A stretch of DNA of 49,860 bases, taken from NCBI GenBank assembly GCA_030728405.1, contig JANQZS010000008.1:1-49860 (forward strand). The letters are read 5' to 3'. Below the pieces are notes generated by a model, which had not been told where the DNA came from, made no database searches, and worked only from the letters and a program-made list of their open reading frames with translations. The DNA comes from Candidatus Nanopelagicales bacterium. Lineage in GTDB: Bacteria > Actinomycetota > Actinomycetes > S36-B12. Both the position numbers and the translations under genes were made by a program. Positions 26,275 through 35,948 of the stretch are shown one piece after another (the stretch's first letter is position 1; each line of letters starts with the position of its first letter).

Positions 26275-27695
26275 TCCTGCACCGCGATTCGGATTGGACT
26301 CCTGTCCGTGTGACTGTGGCAGGAATCGGGGTCGCTGGCTTTGCCGCGGCAGATGCTCTTATGCAACTTGGCGCCATTGTGACCATCGTTGATAGTTCTG
26401 ATGGAGAAAAACAGCGGGAACGAGCCGAAATATTGGGAGCGCTCGGAGCCACCATTGAGTTGGCTCATCAAGGACCGATCCCGCAGAGTGATCTGCTCGT
26501 GGTCTCACCCGGCCTTCGGCCCAGTGATCCCTTGATCGTTTCCGCTGTGGCCATGGACGTGCCAGTGTGGGGTGAGCTTGAACTCGCCTGGAAGCTGCGA
26601 GCGCCGGCAACTGCTGCCCCGTGGCTATGCGTCACTGGCACTAATGGCAAAACCACAACAACCCTGATGTGCGAATCCATGTTGGAGTCGGCTGGATTGC
26701 GGGTTGTCGCTGCTGGGAATATTGGCCACTCGATCGTCGACGTGGTCATGCATGACCTCATGGATGCGATCGTTGTTGAGGTGGGAGCACCTCAACTGCC
26801 ATTTGTACATTCCATCAGTCCTCTGGCGTCGGTGTGCCTAAACATCGCTGACGATCACATTGATCACTTCGGCAGCATGGATTCCTACGTCGCTGCCAAA
26901 GCTCGCATTTACGAACGAGTTCAGCATGCAGCTATCTTTAATGTCGAAGACGAAGCCACACTTCGAATGGTCGAAGAGGCCGATGTAGTTGAGGGAGCCC
27001 GTGCGATTGGCTTCACGCTCGGCGTTCCGGACGTCTCGATGCTCGGAGTGGTCGACGACATTCTGATTGATCGGGCTTTTGTTGAAGATCGCCGAAACAC
27101 GGCTCAGGAATTAGCGACCGTCGCTGACGTTCAACCATCTGCTCCACACAATGTCGCGAATGCGCTGGCTGCAGCTGGACTCGCGCGGGCTTATGGAGTG
27201 CCGGCAACTGCGGTCCGTGACGGTCTGATCGCTTTTTCACCCGCCCCCCATCGGATTAGTTTCGTCGCACGCATCAACGATGTGGATTATGTAGACGATT
27301 CAAAGGCGACGAATGCGCATGCGGCTCAAACGTCACTGTCGGCCTATCCATCGATCGTGTGGATAGCTGGGGGTATGGCAAAGGGACAGGAATTCGACGA
27401 ATTAGTGAAAAGCGCAGCTCCTCGATTGCGGGCAGCGATTTTGCTGGGGGTAGACCGGGGGGTGTTGGCGGAGTCTTTGTCCCGACACGCGCCAGATGTC
27501 CACGTGACGGTGCTCGATGGCGGTGAGACTGGGACCATGGCATTGGCGGTCGATCGTGCGATGGAAGTTGCACGCGCCGGCGATACCGTTTTACTGGCCC
27601 CGGGCTGTGCCTCGTGGGATATGTTCCGTGACTACTCCCACCGAGGCGATCTTTTCGCTGAGGCTGTTCGCCTTCGCGGGGGTGATTCCTCGTGA
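26271..27695 (+). CDS. murD: UDP-N-acetylmuramoylalanine--D-glutamate ligase (MurD)
   Basis: 'VTGTNGKTTT' and 'DDSKATN'. The ATG at 26271 overlaps the mraY stop (ATGA). The ORF-track extension to 26175 lies inside mraY. Confidence 0.9.
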   Translation: MILHRDSDWTPVRVTVAGIGVAGFAAADALMQLGAIVTIVDSSDGEKQRERAEILGALGATIELAHQGPIPQSDLLVVSPGLRPSDPLIVSAVAMDVPVWGELELAWKLRAPATAAPWLCVTGTNGKTTTTLMCESMLESAGLRVVAAGNIGHSIVDVVMHDLMDAIVVEVGAPQLPFVHSISPLASVCLNIADDHIDHFGSMDSYVAAKARIYERVQHAAIFNVEDEATLRMVEEADVVEGARAIGFTLGVPDVSMLGVVDDILIDRAFVEDRRNTAQELATVADVQPSAPHNVANALAAAGLARAYGVPATAVRDGLIAFSPAPHRISFVARINDVDYVDDSKATNAHAAQTSLSAYPSIVWIAGGMAKGQEFDELVKSAAPRLRAAILLGVDRGVLAESLSRHAPDVHVTVLDGGETGTMALAVDRAMEVARAGDTVLLAPGCASWDMFRDYSHRGDLFAEAVRLRGGDSS

Positions 27696-28936
27696 GTGAA
27701 TCAGGGCATGAACGCCCGGATAGTGATGTTTTATCTGACGCCGAACCGAACCCTGCCCCTCCCAGTGCTGTCCGCGGGCTCAGGTTGCTACTCAGTCACC
27801 CGCTGAGTACTTATTACATACTGCTGGGCAGCACCATGTTGCTCCTGGTACTCGGCTTGATCATGGTGCTATCTGCCTCAACGATTCGAAGCGTCGAGAT
27901 TTTTGGCTCGCCGTACACGATCGCCCTGCGCCAACTTATGTTCGCAGTGTTGGGTGTTGCGGTCATGTTCGTGGTTGTTCGCACGTCGACGCATTTCTGG
28001 AAGTCATTCGCCTGGCCACTCTTGGGAATAGCAGGGGTTCTGCTCGTTGCCGTCCTCATCATTGGAGTTGAGGTGGCTGGCCAACGGAACTGGATCGAAA
28101 TTTTCGGCCCCTTCCGATTGCAGCCGTCAGAGTTTGCCAAATATGCACTTGTTGTGTGGGGGGCTTTCATGCTCTCCCGTGAACGTCGCGGACCGCACAC
28201 GTGGCAATCGCTCTTGGTGCCAGTTGTTCCGGTTGGTTTGATCATGATGCTCTTGGTGTTGGCTGAGGGCGATGTAGGCAATGTGCTCATGCTCGGCGCC
28301 ATCTTGGCGGGAATGCTCTTCGCTGCTGGCGCGCCTCTTCGGCTCTTCGCTCTCATGGGTGGGATTTCACTCCTCAGCATCTGGGTTTTGACGTTACTCG
28401 CGCCCTATCGAATGGACAGAATCACCTCCTGGTTAAACCCCGACGAGGATCGGTTGGGTGTGGGCTGGCAGGTAACTCAGGGACAGTACGCCCTGGGAAC
28501 CGGAGGTTTTTGGGGTGTCGGGTTGGGGGCCAGTCGAGAAAAATGGGGTTCTCTGCCAGAAGCGCACACCGACTTTATTTTCTCGGTGATCGGTGAAGAA
28601 CTGGGAATGGTAGGGACCTTCTCAATTCTGGTTCTCCTCGGTGCCATGGCTTTTGCGATTTTTAGGTTGTCGAGAACAACGTCAGATCCTTTTGTTCGCT
28701 TGGCATCGGCAGGCGTTGGCTCGTGGATCGTTGTACAGGCGATGATCAACATTGGTGGAGTGTTGGGTGTGCTGCCCATCACGGGTGTACCACTGCCCCT
28801 CGTTTCATATGGTGGATCTTCACTGGTTCCAACACTGGTTGCGTTGGGCATGGTCATGGCTTTCGCCCGTCAAGAACCGGGTGCTCGTCGCGCACTGCGC
28901 AGGCATTCAACGGCTCGTTCATTGCGCAAACGTTGA
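27692..28936 (+). CDS. ftsW: SEDS-family peptidoglycan glycosyltransferase FtsW
   Basis: 'LQPSEFAK', 'PEAHTDFIFSVIGEELG' and 'GVPLPLVSYGGSS'. Confidence 0.9.
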   Translation: MSESGHERPDSDVLSDAEPNPAPPSAVRGLRLLLSHPLSTYYILLGSTMLLLVLGLIMVLSASTIRSVEIFGSPYTIALRQLMFAVLGVAVMFVVVRTSTHFWKSFAWPLLGIAGVLLVAVLIIGVEVAGQRNWIEIFGPFRLQPSEFAKYALVVWGAFMLSRERRGPHTWQSLLVPVVPVGLIMMLLVLAEGDVGNVLMLGAILAGMLFAAGAPLRLFALMGGISLLSIWVLTLLAPYRMDRITSWLNPDEDRLGVGWQVTQGQYALGTGGFWGVGLGASREKWGSLPEAHTDFIFSVIGEELGMVGTFSILVLLGAMAFAIFRLSRTTSDPFVRLASAGVGSWIVVQAMINIGGVLGVLPITGVPLPLVSYGGSSLVPTLVALGMVMAFARQEPGARRALRRHSTARSLRKR

Positions 28937-28943
28937 GATTTGC

Positions 28944-30035
28944 ATGCATATCGTTTTTGCGGCGGGCGGAACTGCCGGTCACATTGAACCAGCGCTCAAT
29001 ACTGCTGATGCTGTGCGTCGATTAGATTCGTCAGTCTCGATTTCTTTCATTGGTTCAGAGCGGGGACTCGAATCCGAACTCGTCCCGGCGCGTGGCTACC
29101 CGCTTGTCACCACGGCTGCGGTCCCATTTCCTCGGAGGGTGAGTACAGATCTGCTACGTATCTGGCCAGCCCTGAGTTCATCGGTGCGCACCGCCCGTGC
29201 CCACCTGCGCAGTTCCCAGGCGCGCGTCGTTGTCGGGTTTGGTGGATACGCCGCGGTACCCGGATATCTGGCTGCTTGGCGTCAAGGGGTTCCACTCGTT
29301 ATTCACGAAGCCAATGCCACCCCGGGACTTGCTAACAAACTCGGTGCGCGTCTCACACCGCACACTGCAAGCGTGGTGGCCGGGGTGCTTCCGCATTCCC
29401 GCTCGATGGGGATGCCCATGCGCCGGTCGATTACCTCACTGGATCGGATGTCAGCTCGTGAGGGTGCGCGAGATCGCTGGGGAATTCCAATGGAGGCTCC
29501 GGTATTGCTCGTATTTGGGGGATCGCAGGGTGCTGCCCGGCTGAACTCTGCGCTAGAGCAAGCACTACCGGATCTTTTAGCCGCGGGAATCGTCGTCGTA
29601 CATTCCTACGGCACCAGAAACCAAGAGCCGGCTTCTATGCCCGGCTACTTTCCCGTGCCGTACATCGCAGATATGGCCGAGGCCTATGCGGTGGCCGATC
29701 TGGCTCTCACGAGAGCCGGTGCGATGACGTGTGCCGAACTCGCTGCTGTTGGTCTTCCCGCGGTGTACGTGCCACTTCCGGTGGGGAATGGTGAACAGCG
29801 GTTAAACGCCCTTCCCGTGGTGAATGCAGGTGGTGGACTGCTGGTGAGTGATCAAGAACTCACCCCGGAGTGGCTCCGTGCCGCAGTTCCACAGATCCTG
29901 CACGATGAACAAAGATTGATTTCGATGAGCCGTGCTGCATCTGATTTTGGAGATCGTAATTCTGACGAGCGCATGGCTCGTTGGATACTTTCGGTGGGAG
30001 AGATGAGTGGGAAACGTGGAGATGCTGCCGCATAA
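28944..30035 (+). CDS. murG: UDP-N-acetylglucosamine--N-acetylmuramyl-(pentapeptide) pyrophosphoryl-undecaprenol GlcNAc transferase (MurG)
   Basis: 'MHIVFAAGGTAGHIEPAL' and 'RAGAMTCAELAAVGLPAVYVPLP'. I chose the ATG at 28944, 8 nt after the ftsW stop. The extension to 28752 lies inside ftsW. Confidence 0.9.
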   Translation: MHIVFAAGGTAGHIEPALNTADAVRRLDSSVSISFIGSERGLESELVPARGYPLVTTAAVPFPRRVSTDLLRIWPALSSSVRTARAHLRSSQARVVVGFGGYAAVPGYLAAWRQGVPLVIHEANATPGLANKLGARLTPHTASVVAGVLPHSRSMGMPMRRSITSLDRMSAREGARDRWGIPMEAPVLLVFGGSQGAARLNSALEQALPDLLAAGIVVVHSYGTRNQEPASMPGYFPVPYIADMAEAYAVADLALTRAGAMTCAELAAVGLPAVYVPLPVGNGEQRLNALPVVNAGGGLLVSDQELTPEWLRAAVPQILHDEQRLISMSRAASDFGDRNSDERMARWILSVGEMSGKRGDAAA

Positions 30036-31428
30036 GTTGACTGATCTTGGCCGGGTTCACATTGTGGGCGTTGGTGGCGCTGGCATGTCAGGAATCGCCA
30101 GGGTGATGCTTGATCGTGGAGTCACAGTTTCTGGAAGCGACGCAAAGGATTCCCGTCGTCTCGCCGCACTGCAAGCTCTTGGCGTGCGAACGCATGTAGG
30201 TCATGCTGCGAGTTGGGTAACTGACGTCGACACCCTCGTGGTGTCTACTGCGATTCCGGCGACCAACCCCGAGCGTCTGGCTGCGATGGAGCGAGGCATT
30301 CCGATCCTGACGAGAGCGCAGGCGCTGGCCTCGGTGATGTCGGGATATCGGGGAGTTGCCGTTACTGGCACGCACGGCAAGACCACCACTACCTCGATGT
30401 TGACTGTGGCACTTCAACATTGCGGTGTCGACCCTTGTTTTGCCATTGGGAGCGAACTCAACGCATCCGGTGCCAATGCGCATGTGGGGTCGGGTGACAT
30501 CTTTGTGGTGGAGGCAGATGAGAGCGACGGTGCTTTCCTTGAACTAGCTCCCATTGCCGGCGTTGTCACCAATATTGAGGCCGATCACCTCGATCACTGG
30601 GGCTCCCTCGAGGCAATCGAAGCCGGATTCGACGAGTTTGCCCTGGGCATTCGAGATCGTGGCGGCTTTCTTGTTGCATGCGCCGATGACCCAGGTGCGG
30701 TGGCAATGACGGCCCGCGCTCGAGCCGCCGGAGTGGATGTGCGTACCTATGGTGCCGCAGCCGATGCGGACTATTTGATGGTCAATGAGCAAAAGGGACC
30801 AGACGGATGGAGTTTCACGGCCGTTCATGATGGCGTCCGGTTAGGCACACTTGTTATGCAAGTCCCTGGCCGCCACAACGCGCTCAATGCCCTCGGTGCC
30901 TGGGTTGCCGGAATTGGCCTCGGTATAGCCCCAGAGCAAATGAGGTCAGGGCTCGCCGAATTCACCGGTACGCGCAGGCGTTTTGATTTAAAGGGCGTGG
31001 TGAACAACATCCGCGTGTTTGATGACTACGCACACCACCCCACAGAAATCGCCGCGACTTTGACCGCTGCCCGCGAAGTCGTGGGGACCGGCAGGGTCAT
31101 AGTGGCGTTCCAAGCGCACCATTACTACCGCACGGCGCTTTTCTCCAAGGAATTTGGTCAAGCGTTGGGCCTGGCAGATGACGTGGTTGTGATGGAGGTT
31201 TTTGCGCCGGGTGAAGCCGCGATCCCTGGGGCAAGTGGTCAAACGATGGCCTCGCACGTCCCGCTGAGTGCGGAGCATGTGATTTTTGAGCCGTCGCTCT
31301 CTGCAGTAGCGGGTCATTTGGCGCGACGAGCTCGGCCAGGAGACATTGTGATGACTTTGGGTGCTGGCGATATCGGTTTACTGTGCGGTGAGGTCATCGA
31401 ACTCCTTCGAGAGGGCGCTTCTTCGTGA
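30007..31428 (+). CDS. murC: UDP-N-acetylmuramate--L-alanine ligase (MurC)
   Basis: 'HIVGVGGAGMSGIA', 'VTGTHGKTTTT' and 'DDYAHHPTEI'. The start is GTG 30007 (GGGAGAG upstream) or ATG 30022. Confidence 0.9.
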   Translation: MGNVEMLPHKLTDLGRVHIVGVGGAGMSGIARVMLDRGVTVSGSDAKDSRRLAALQALGVRTHVGHAASWVTDVDTLVVSTAIPATNPERLAAMERGIPILTRAQALASVMSGYRGVAVTGTHGKTTTTSMLTVALQHCGVDPCFAIGSELNASGANAHVGSGDIFVVEADESDGAFLELAPIAGVVTNIEADHLDHWGSLEAIEAGFDEFALGIRDRGGFLVACADDPGAVAMTARARAAGVDVRTYGAAADADYLMVNEQKGPDGWSFTAVHDGVRLGTLVMQVPGRHNALNALGAWVAGIGLGIAPEQMRSGLAEFTGTRRRFDLKGVVNNIRVFDDYAHHPTEIAATLTAAREVVGTGRVIVAFQAHHYYRTALFSKEFGQALGLADDVVVMEVFAPGEAAIPGASGQTMASHVPLSAEHVIFEPSLSAVAGHLARRARPGDIVMTLGAGDIGLLCGEVIELLREGASS

Positions 31429-32162
31429 CCGAATCAGCAGATATGGGCGATCCCATCGATAGCTCAGTTTTGATTGATCGCCAAGCCCAACGACGACGAC
31501 GATTGCGGCGAACTGTTGCCGTCATCGTCGTATTGGTGGGCATCTTCACCTTGTGGCTGGTGTGGTTTTCTCCCGTGCTGTCTGTGCAGCAAGTTGAAGT
31601 GGTGGGCGTTGATGGGGCTGCCGCTAACGAGGTGTTTGAGCTTGCGGATATTCCGTTAGGGGTGCCGATTGCAAGACTCGATACCAATGCGCCACTGCAA
31701 CGGGTGCTCAGCCTGCAGTGGTTGGCAGCTGCTGAAGTGCGGCGGGGCTGGCCATCCCAGGTAGTGATTGCGGTTCAGCCGCGCACTGCCGTAGCTCGGA
31801 CCAAGGTGGATGGGCAATGGCTTGGAGTCGACTCACAAGGTGTTGCATTCGCACCTCCGGCACCTTTAGGTAAAGGTCTTATCGAGGTCTCTGGTATTGG
31901 CGTTGCATTAAGGGCAGGTGTCGAAGTATTGGAGTCGCTGCCTGTTGATCTGCTGGCTCGAGTTTCATCCGTTTCGGCCACAACCCGCGACGATGTGGAG
32001 CTCACCTTGAATTCGGGCGCCCTCGTGCGGTGGGGGAGTGCGGATGAGGCTGATTTCAAGAGCCAGGTGCTCACTGCGCTACTCGCTCGACGGGCTCAGG
32101 TCTACGACGTGAGCGCCCCAGAGTTGCCTACGACCTTCAATGAACGGCCCAAAAAACCTTAA
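31425..32162 (+). CDS. ftsQ: Cell division protein FtsQ (POTRA domain)
   Basis: Basic N-terminus, one TM segment 'VAVIVVLVGIFTLWLVWF', then POTRA-like 'VQQVEVVGVDGAAANEV'. GTGA overlap with murC. Confidence 0.8.
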   Translation: MTESADMGDPIDSSVLIDRQAQRRRRLRRTVAVIVVLVGIFTLWLVWFSPVLSVQQVEVVGVDGAAANEVFELADIPLGVPIARLDTNAPLQRVLSLQWLAAAEVRRGWPSQVVIAVQPRTAVARTKVDGQWLGVDSQGVAFAPPAPLGKGLIEVSGIGVALRAGVEVLESLPVDLLARVSSVSATTRDDVELTLNSGALVRWGSADEADFKSQVLTALLARRAQVYDVSAPELPTTFNERPKKP

Positions 32163-32281
32163 AGTACAACTGGAGACTTATCCTGATTTATAGGGGAGTT
32201 CAGAAAGATTTTCAAAAAAGTTTCGCTTTAACCCCATTCTCACCTTGCGCCACAGGGGTGTGACCGCCTAACCTCCGCGCG

Positions 32282-32333
32282 GCCGCAAACGGACCAAATT
32301 CTTAGCCTTAACTTAAGGTTGAGGGTTTGCGGC
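32282..32333 (+). promoter_or_regulatory. Nested inverted repeats in the ftsZ leader/promoter region
   Basis: GCCGCAAAC (32282-32290) is the reverse complement of GTTTGCGGC (32325-32333). The pair encloses the perfect palindrome CCTTAAcTTAAGG (32306-32318). The element lies 43 nt upstream of the ftsZ GTG. Confidence 0.3.
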
Positions 32334-32375
32334 AGGGAGTCGATCTCACCATCGACGCAAACGAAAGGACGGGCT

Positions 32376-33476
32376 GTGGCAGCTCCACAGAATTACCTCG
32401 CAGTGATCAAGGTCGTGGGCATCGGAGGAGGTGGCGTCAACGCCGTCAACCGAATGATCGAAGTCGGGCTCAAGGGCGTCGAGTTCATCGCGATCAACAC
32501 GGATGCGCAGGCTCTGCTGATGAGCGATGCCGACGTCAAGCTCGATATCGGTCGCGAACTCACGCGTGGACTCGGCGCCGGCGCTAACCCTGAGGTTGGT
32601 CGCAAGGCAGCAGAGGACCACATCGAAGAGATCGAAGAGGTTCTTCGTGGCGCGGACATGGTCTTCGTCACGGCTGGAGAAGGTGGCGGCACAGGAACCG
32701 GCGGTGCACCTCTCGTTGCCAAGGTGGCTCGTTCACTCGGTGCCCTCACCATCGGCGTAGTAACTCGCCCGTTTGGTTTCGAGGGACGCAGGCGTGCCGC
32801 CCAGGCAGACCAAGGAGTCGAGGATCTGCGTGCTGAGGTCGACACTTTGATCGTCATCCCGAACGACCGATTGCTATCTCTCGCAGATCGCGAGATCAGC
32901 GTCATTGATGCATTCCGTCAGGCAGACCATGTGCTGCTCCAGGGTGTCTCGGGGATCACCGACCTCATCACAACCCCAGGCCTGATCAACCTTGACTTTG
33001 CCGACGTGAAGAGTGTCATGCAAGGTGCCGGCTCTGCACTGATGGGAATCGGCTCAGCTCGGGGGTCGGACAGAGCTACTGAAGCAGCTGAGCGCGCCAT
33101 TTCCAGTCCGCTCTTGGAGGCTGGCATTGACGGGGCGCACGGTGTGCTGCTGTCCATTTCGGGCGGAAGCGATCTCGGGCTGTTTGAAATCAACGAGGCT
33201 GCGCGATTAGTGAGTGATGCAGCCCACCCCGATGCCAACATCATTTTCGGTGCCGTCATCGACGACACCTTGGGTGATGAGGTCCGAGTCACAGTCATCG
33301 CTGCTGGCTTTGACGGTGGCGAGCCACCGGCCAAAAAGGCCACTGAGCCGAGGCGTTCTGACGGTAGTTCAACGGGGGAGATCCCGACGATCTCTTCCCG
33401 CCCCGTCCAAGAGCCACGCACGATTGTCTTTGAGGATACGGACGACGATCTCGACGTACCGGATTTCCTGAAATAG
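32376..33476 (+). CDS. ftsZ: Cell division GTPase FtsZ
   Basis: '[17 protein letters not shown]' and the tubulin signature '[10 protein letters not shown]'. C-terminal '[11 protein letters not shown]'. GTG at 32376 preceded by AAAGGA. Confidence 0.95.
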   Translation: MAAPQNYLAVIKVVGIGGGGVNAVNRMIEVGLKGVEFIAINTDAQALLMSDADVKLDIGRELTRGLGAGANPEVGRKAAEDHIEEIEEVLRGADMVFVTAGEGGGTGTGGAPLVAKVARSLGALTIGVVTRPFGFEGRRRAAQADQGVEDLRAEVDTLIVIPNDRLLSLADREISVIDAFRQADHVLLQGVSGITDLITTPGLINLDFADVKSVMQGAGSALMGIGSARGSDRATEAAERAISSPLLEAGIDGAHGVLLSISGGSDLGLFEINEAARLVSDAAHPDANIIFGAVIDDTLGDEVRVTVIAAGFDGGEPPAKKATEPRRSDGSSTGEIPTISSRPVQEPRTIVFEDTDDDLDVPDFLK

Positions 33477-33523
33477 CTCGGGAGAAAACCATCTCGACGC
33501 GAAAGCGCTCTTATCTTCCCCTT

Positions 33524-33549
33524 GCGGCCGGGGTTTTTTCCTCGGCCGC
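33524..33549 (+). terminator. Hairpin downstream of ftsZ (possible U-tract-less terminator or processing site)
   Basis: GCGGCCGGGG-TTTTTT-CCTCGGCCGC forms a 10-bp stem with one G.U pair. It starts 48 nt after the ftsZ stop and has no trailing T-run. Confidence 0.35.
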
Positions 33550-33598
33550 ACCTGGTGACCGTCCAGCTAACTGGGCGGTCACTGGTCGTTTTGGCGGC

Positions 33599-34273
33599 GT
33601 GAGTAGGCCCCCGTTCAACGAACTCAACTTGGCCGCACATGTGGGCGACGACCCTGCGAATGTGGACGCGAACTTGGCGTTGGTCTCCGGCCTCCTTGGT
33701 TTGCCGAGGAGCCGTATCGTGACCATGGGAGCAGCGCATGGTGCTCGAATTGGGGTCGTGAATGAGCCCGGTCACGTTGAGGACGTCGACGCACTGATCA
33801 GCACTTCACCTGATCTTGCGCTTGTGGCCCTAGGCGCGGACTGCGCCACTATTGCGCTTTCCGGCGCCGGAATCATCGGGGTTGTGCATTGCGGTTGGCG
33901 CGGACTAGCAGCTGACGTGGTGGGTGCAGCAGTCGCGCGCATGCGGACTGAGGGTGCCGGGTCACTAGAAGCAGTTATCGGTCCCGCCGTGTGTGGGCGG
34001 TGCTATCCGGTCTCGCCAGAGCGCATTCAGGAGTTGGCATCCGCGGTCAGTTCTGGGGTAGGTGCCCGTGCGATCAGCACGTCAAGCGATGGGCAGCCCT
34101 CCATCGATGTTCGCGCTGGCGTCTGTGAGAGGTTGACCGAACTTGGCGTGCCAACTCATGTGATCGGTGGCTGCACCGTCGAAGATGAGGCACTGTTCTC
34201 CCATCGCCGCGATGGTGTTACCGGTCGACAAGGGATCGTCGTCGCGTTCGGGACCGTCGATGGACAAGACTGA
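33599..34273 (+). CDS. pgeF: Peptidoglycan editing factor PgeF (YfiH / polyphenol-oxidase family); 5' end uncertain
   Basis: '(GG)VSRPPFNELNLAAHVGDDPANVDANL' and 'VVHCGWRGLAADV'. The first canonical start (GTG 33599) falls inside the conserved GGVS motif (see findings). Confidence 0.8.
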   Translation: MSRPPFNELNLAAHVGDDPANVDANLALVSGLLGLPRSRIVTMGAAHGARIGVVNEPGHVEDVDALISTSPDLALVALGADCATIALSGAGIIGVVHCGWRGLAADVVGAAVARMRTEGAGSLEAVIGPAVCGRCYPVSPERIQELASAVSSGVGARAISTSSDGQPSIDVRAGVCERLTELGVPTHVIGGCTVEDEALFSHRRDGVTGRQGIVVAFGTVDGQD

Positions 34274-34278
34274 TACTT

Positions 34279-34983
34279 ATGAGTGATGACACGCGTAGAG
34301 CAGAAATCGCGCACAACCTTGTTGAGGTCCAGAACCGCATCGCAGTAGCCACGGTTCTTGCTGGACGCGAGGTCCCGCCCCAACTGGTTGTTGTCACAAA
34401 AACATTTCCAGCGACCGATATTGCCATTTTGGCGGAACTCGGAGTTCGCGACATTGCTGAGAATCGAGGTCAAGAAGCTCGACGTAAATTCGAAGAGTGT
34501 TCCGGATTGGATCTGCGCTGGCACATGATCGGCCAAGTTCAGCGCAAGAAGGCTGCGTCGGTCTTATCTTGGGCAGACTTAATTGAGACAGTGGATCGCT
34601 TAGAACTGGCCGATTCCCTTCATCGAGCAGCCACAACGCTGGACCGAACGGTAGATGTGCTGCTCCAGGTGTCACTCGATGAGCCGTTTAGGGAGGGTCG
34701 GGGCGGCTGTCGCCCGATTGACCTCGAAGCACTGGCCCATCACGCAATGTCCTTGGACGCACTGAAAGTTCGGGGTGTGATGGCTGTTGCCCCATTTCCT
34801 GGCGACCCGGATCAAGCATTTGATCGCCTCGCCAAGATGGTTCACGCACTTCGGGATTCAGTTCCTGGCCTTGAAGTTGTCTCGGCCGGAATGAGTGGGG
34901 ATCTGGAGGCCGCCATTGCCCACGGGGCGACACAGGTGCGCATAGGCGGCTCGATACTCGGAGCTCGGCCCCTTGTGCAGTAA
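34279..34983 (+). CDS. yggS: YggS family pyridoxal-phosphate homeostasis protein (YlmE)
   Basis: 'LVVVTKTFPATDI' (PLP lysine), 'HMIGQVQRKKA' and 'LSAGMSGDLEAAIAHGATQVRIGGSILG'. Confidence 0.9.
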   Translation: MSDDTRRAEIAHNLVEVQNRIAVATVLAGREVPPQLVVVTKTFPATDIAILAELGVRDIAENRGQEARRKFEECSGLDLRWHMIGQVQRKKAASVLSWADLIETVDRLELADSLHRAATTLDRTVDVLLQVSLDEPFREGRGGCRPIDLEALAHHAMSLDALKVRGVMAVAPFPGDPDQAFDRLAKMVHALRDSVPGLEVVSAGMSGDLEAAIAHGATQVRIGGSILGARPLVQ

Positions 34984-35035
34984 CGTCAGCGGGGCACAGT
35001 GTCTGTGCTCAAGAATTCTTTCAAGGAGGTAGGCC

Positions 35036-35611
35036 ATGGCTGGCGGTATGCGCAAGATGGCCGTGTATCTCGGGCTCGTTGAGGATGATCGCTACGAGGA
35101 GTATGTAGAGGTCGACGAGTACCAGCAGCAACCTCAGCGTGATTCTCGATCCTCTTCAAAGACCCGTCGTGGTTTTGCCGACTCGTACTCAGAAGAGACC
35201 GACGATCGCTACACCCCCCGAAGCGTCCGAACAGTGAATGAACCGCGGGCGGTGAGAACTTTCCGAAATGAATCCGGTGCTGAGCGTCGGCCGTCGGTAG
35301 CCCCGATGGCTGATCGCCGCCCGGCCGCAGATCTCAGCCGAATTGAAACGATCCATCCGCGCTCGTACAACGATGCCCGGCGCATCGGTGAGGATTACCG
35401 CGACGGTGTGCCGGTCATCATGAATCTCAGTGAACTAGATGATGCCGATGCAAAACGGATCATTGACTTCGCAGCAGGTTTAGTTTTTGGAATGCGGGGG
35501 AGCATCGAGAGAGTCACCCCCAAGGTGTTTCTGCTGTCCCCGTCTAACGTCGACGTAGGAGATCAAGCTCGCGCTCAACTGGCTGAAGACGGTTTCTTCA
35601 ACCAAAGTTAG
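35036..35611 (+). CDS. sepF: Cell division protein SepF
   Basis: '[14 protein letters not shown]' N-terminus and C-terminal '[24 protein letters not shown]...[17 protein letters not shown]'. Confidence 0.9.
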   Translation: MAGGMRKMAVYLGLVEDDRYEEYVEVDEYQQQPQRDSRSSSKTRRGFADSYSEETDDRYTPRSVRTVNEPRAVRTFRNESGAERRPSVAPMADRRPAADLSRIETIHPRSYNDARRIGEDYRDGVPVIMNLSELDDADAKRIIDFAAGLVFGMRGSIERVTPKVFLLSPSNVDVGDQARAQLAEDGFFNQS

Positions 35612-35661
35612 ATTTCACAAGAGCACAGTTGATACGCCGCCACTAATAGAGGAGACCCGCA

Positions 35662-35946
35662 GTGAGCATCGTCGGCCAGATTCTGGCAACGGTTCTGCTG
35701 TTGTTCTGGCTGGTACTCATTGCTCGACTTGTTTTCGACATGGTTCAACTCTTCGCACGATCCTGGCGACCCACCGGTTTTGTGCTGGTGATTGCTGAGG
35801 GCGTCTTCTCCATCACGGACCCGCCGCTTCGGTTATTGCGACGCGTCATTCCACCGCTCAAATTTGGCAACGTCCAATTTGATCTTGCATTCTTGATCTT
35901 GCTGATTGGCGTTCAGATTTTGATGAATTTCGCGAGAACGCTCTGA
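35662..35946 (+). CDS. YggT family membrane protein (YlmG)
   Basis: 94 aa with two TM helices. 'TDPPLRLLRRVIPPLKFGNVQFDLAFLILL' is YggT-like. Confidence 0.85.
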   Translation: MSIVGQILATVLLLFWLVLIARLVFDMVQLFARSWRPTGFVLVIAEGVFSITDPPLRLLRRVIPPLKFGNVQFDLAFLILLIGVQILMNFARTL

Positions 35947-35948
35947 CC

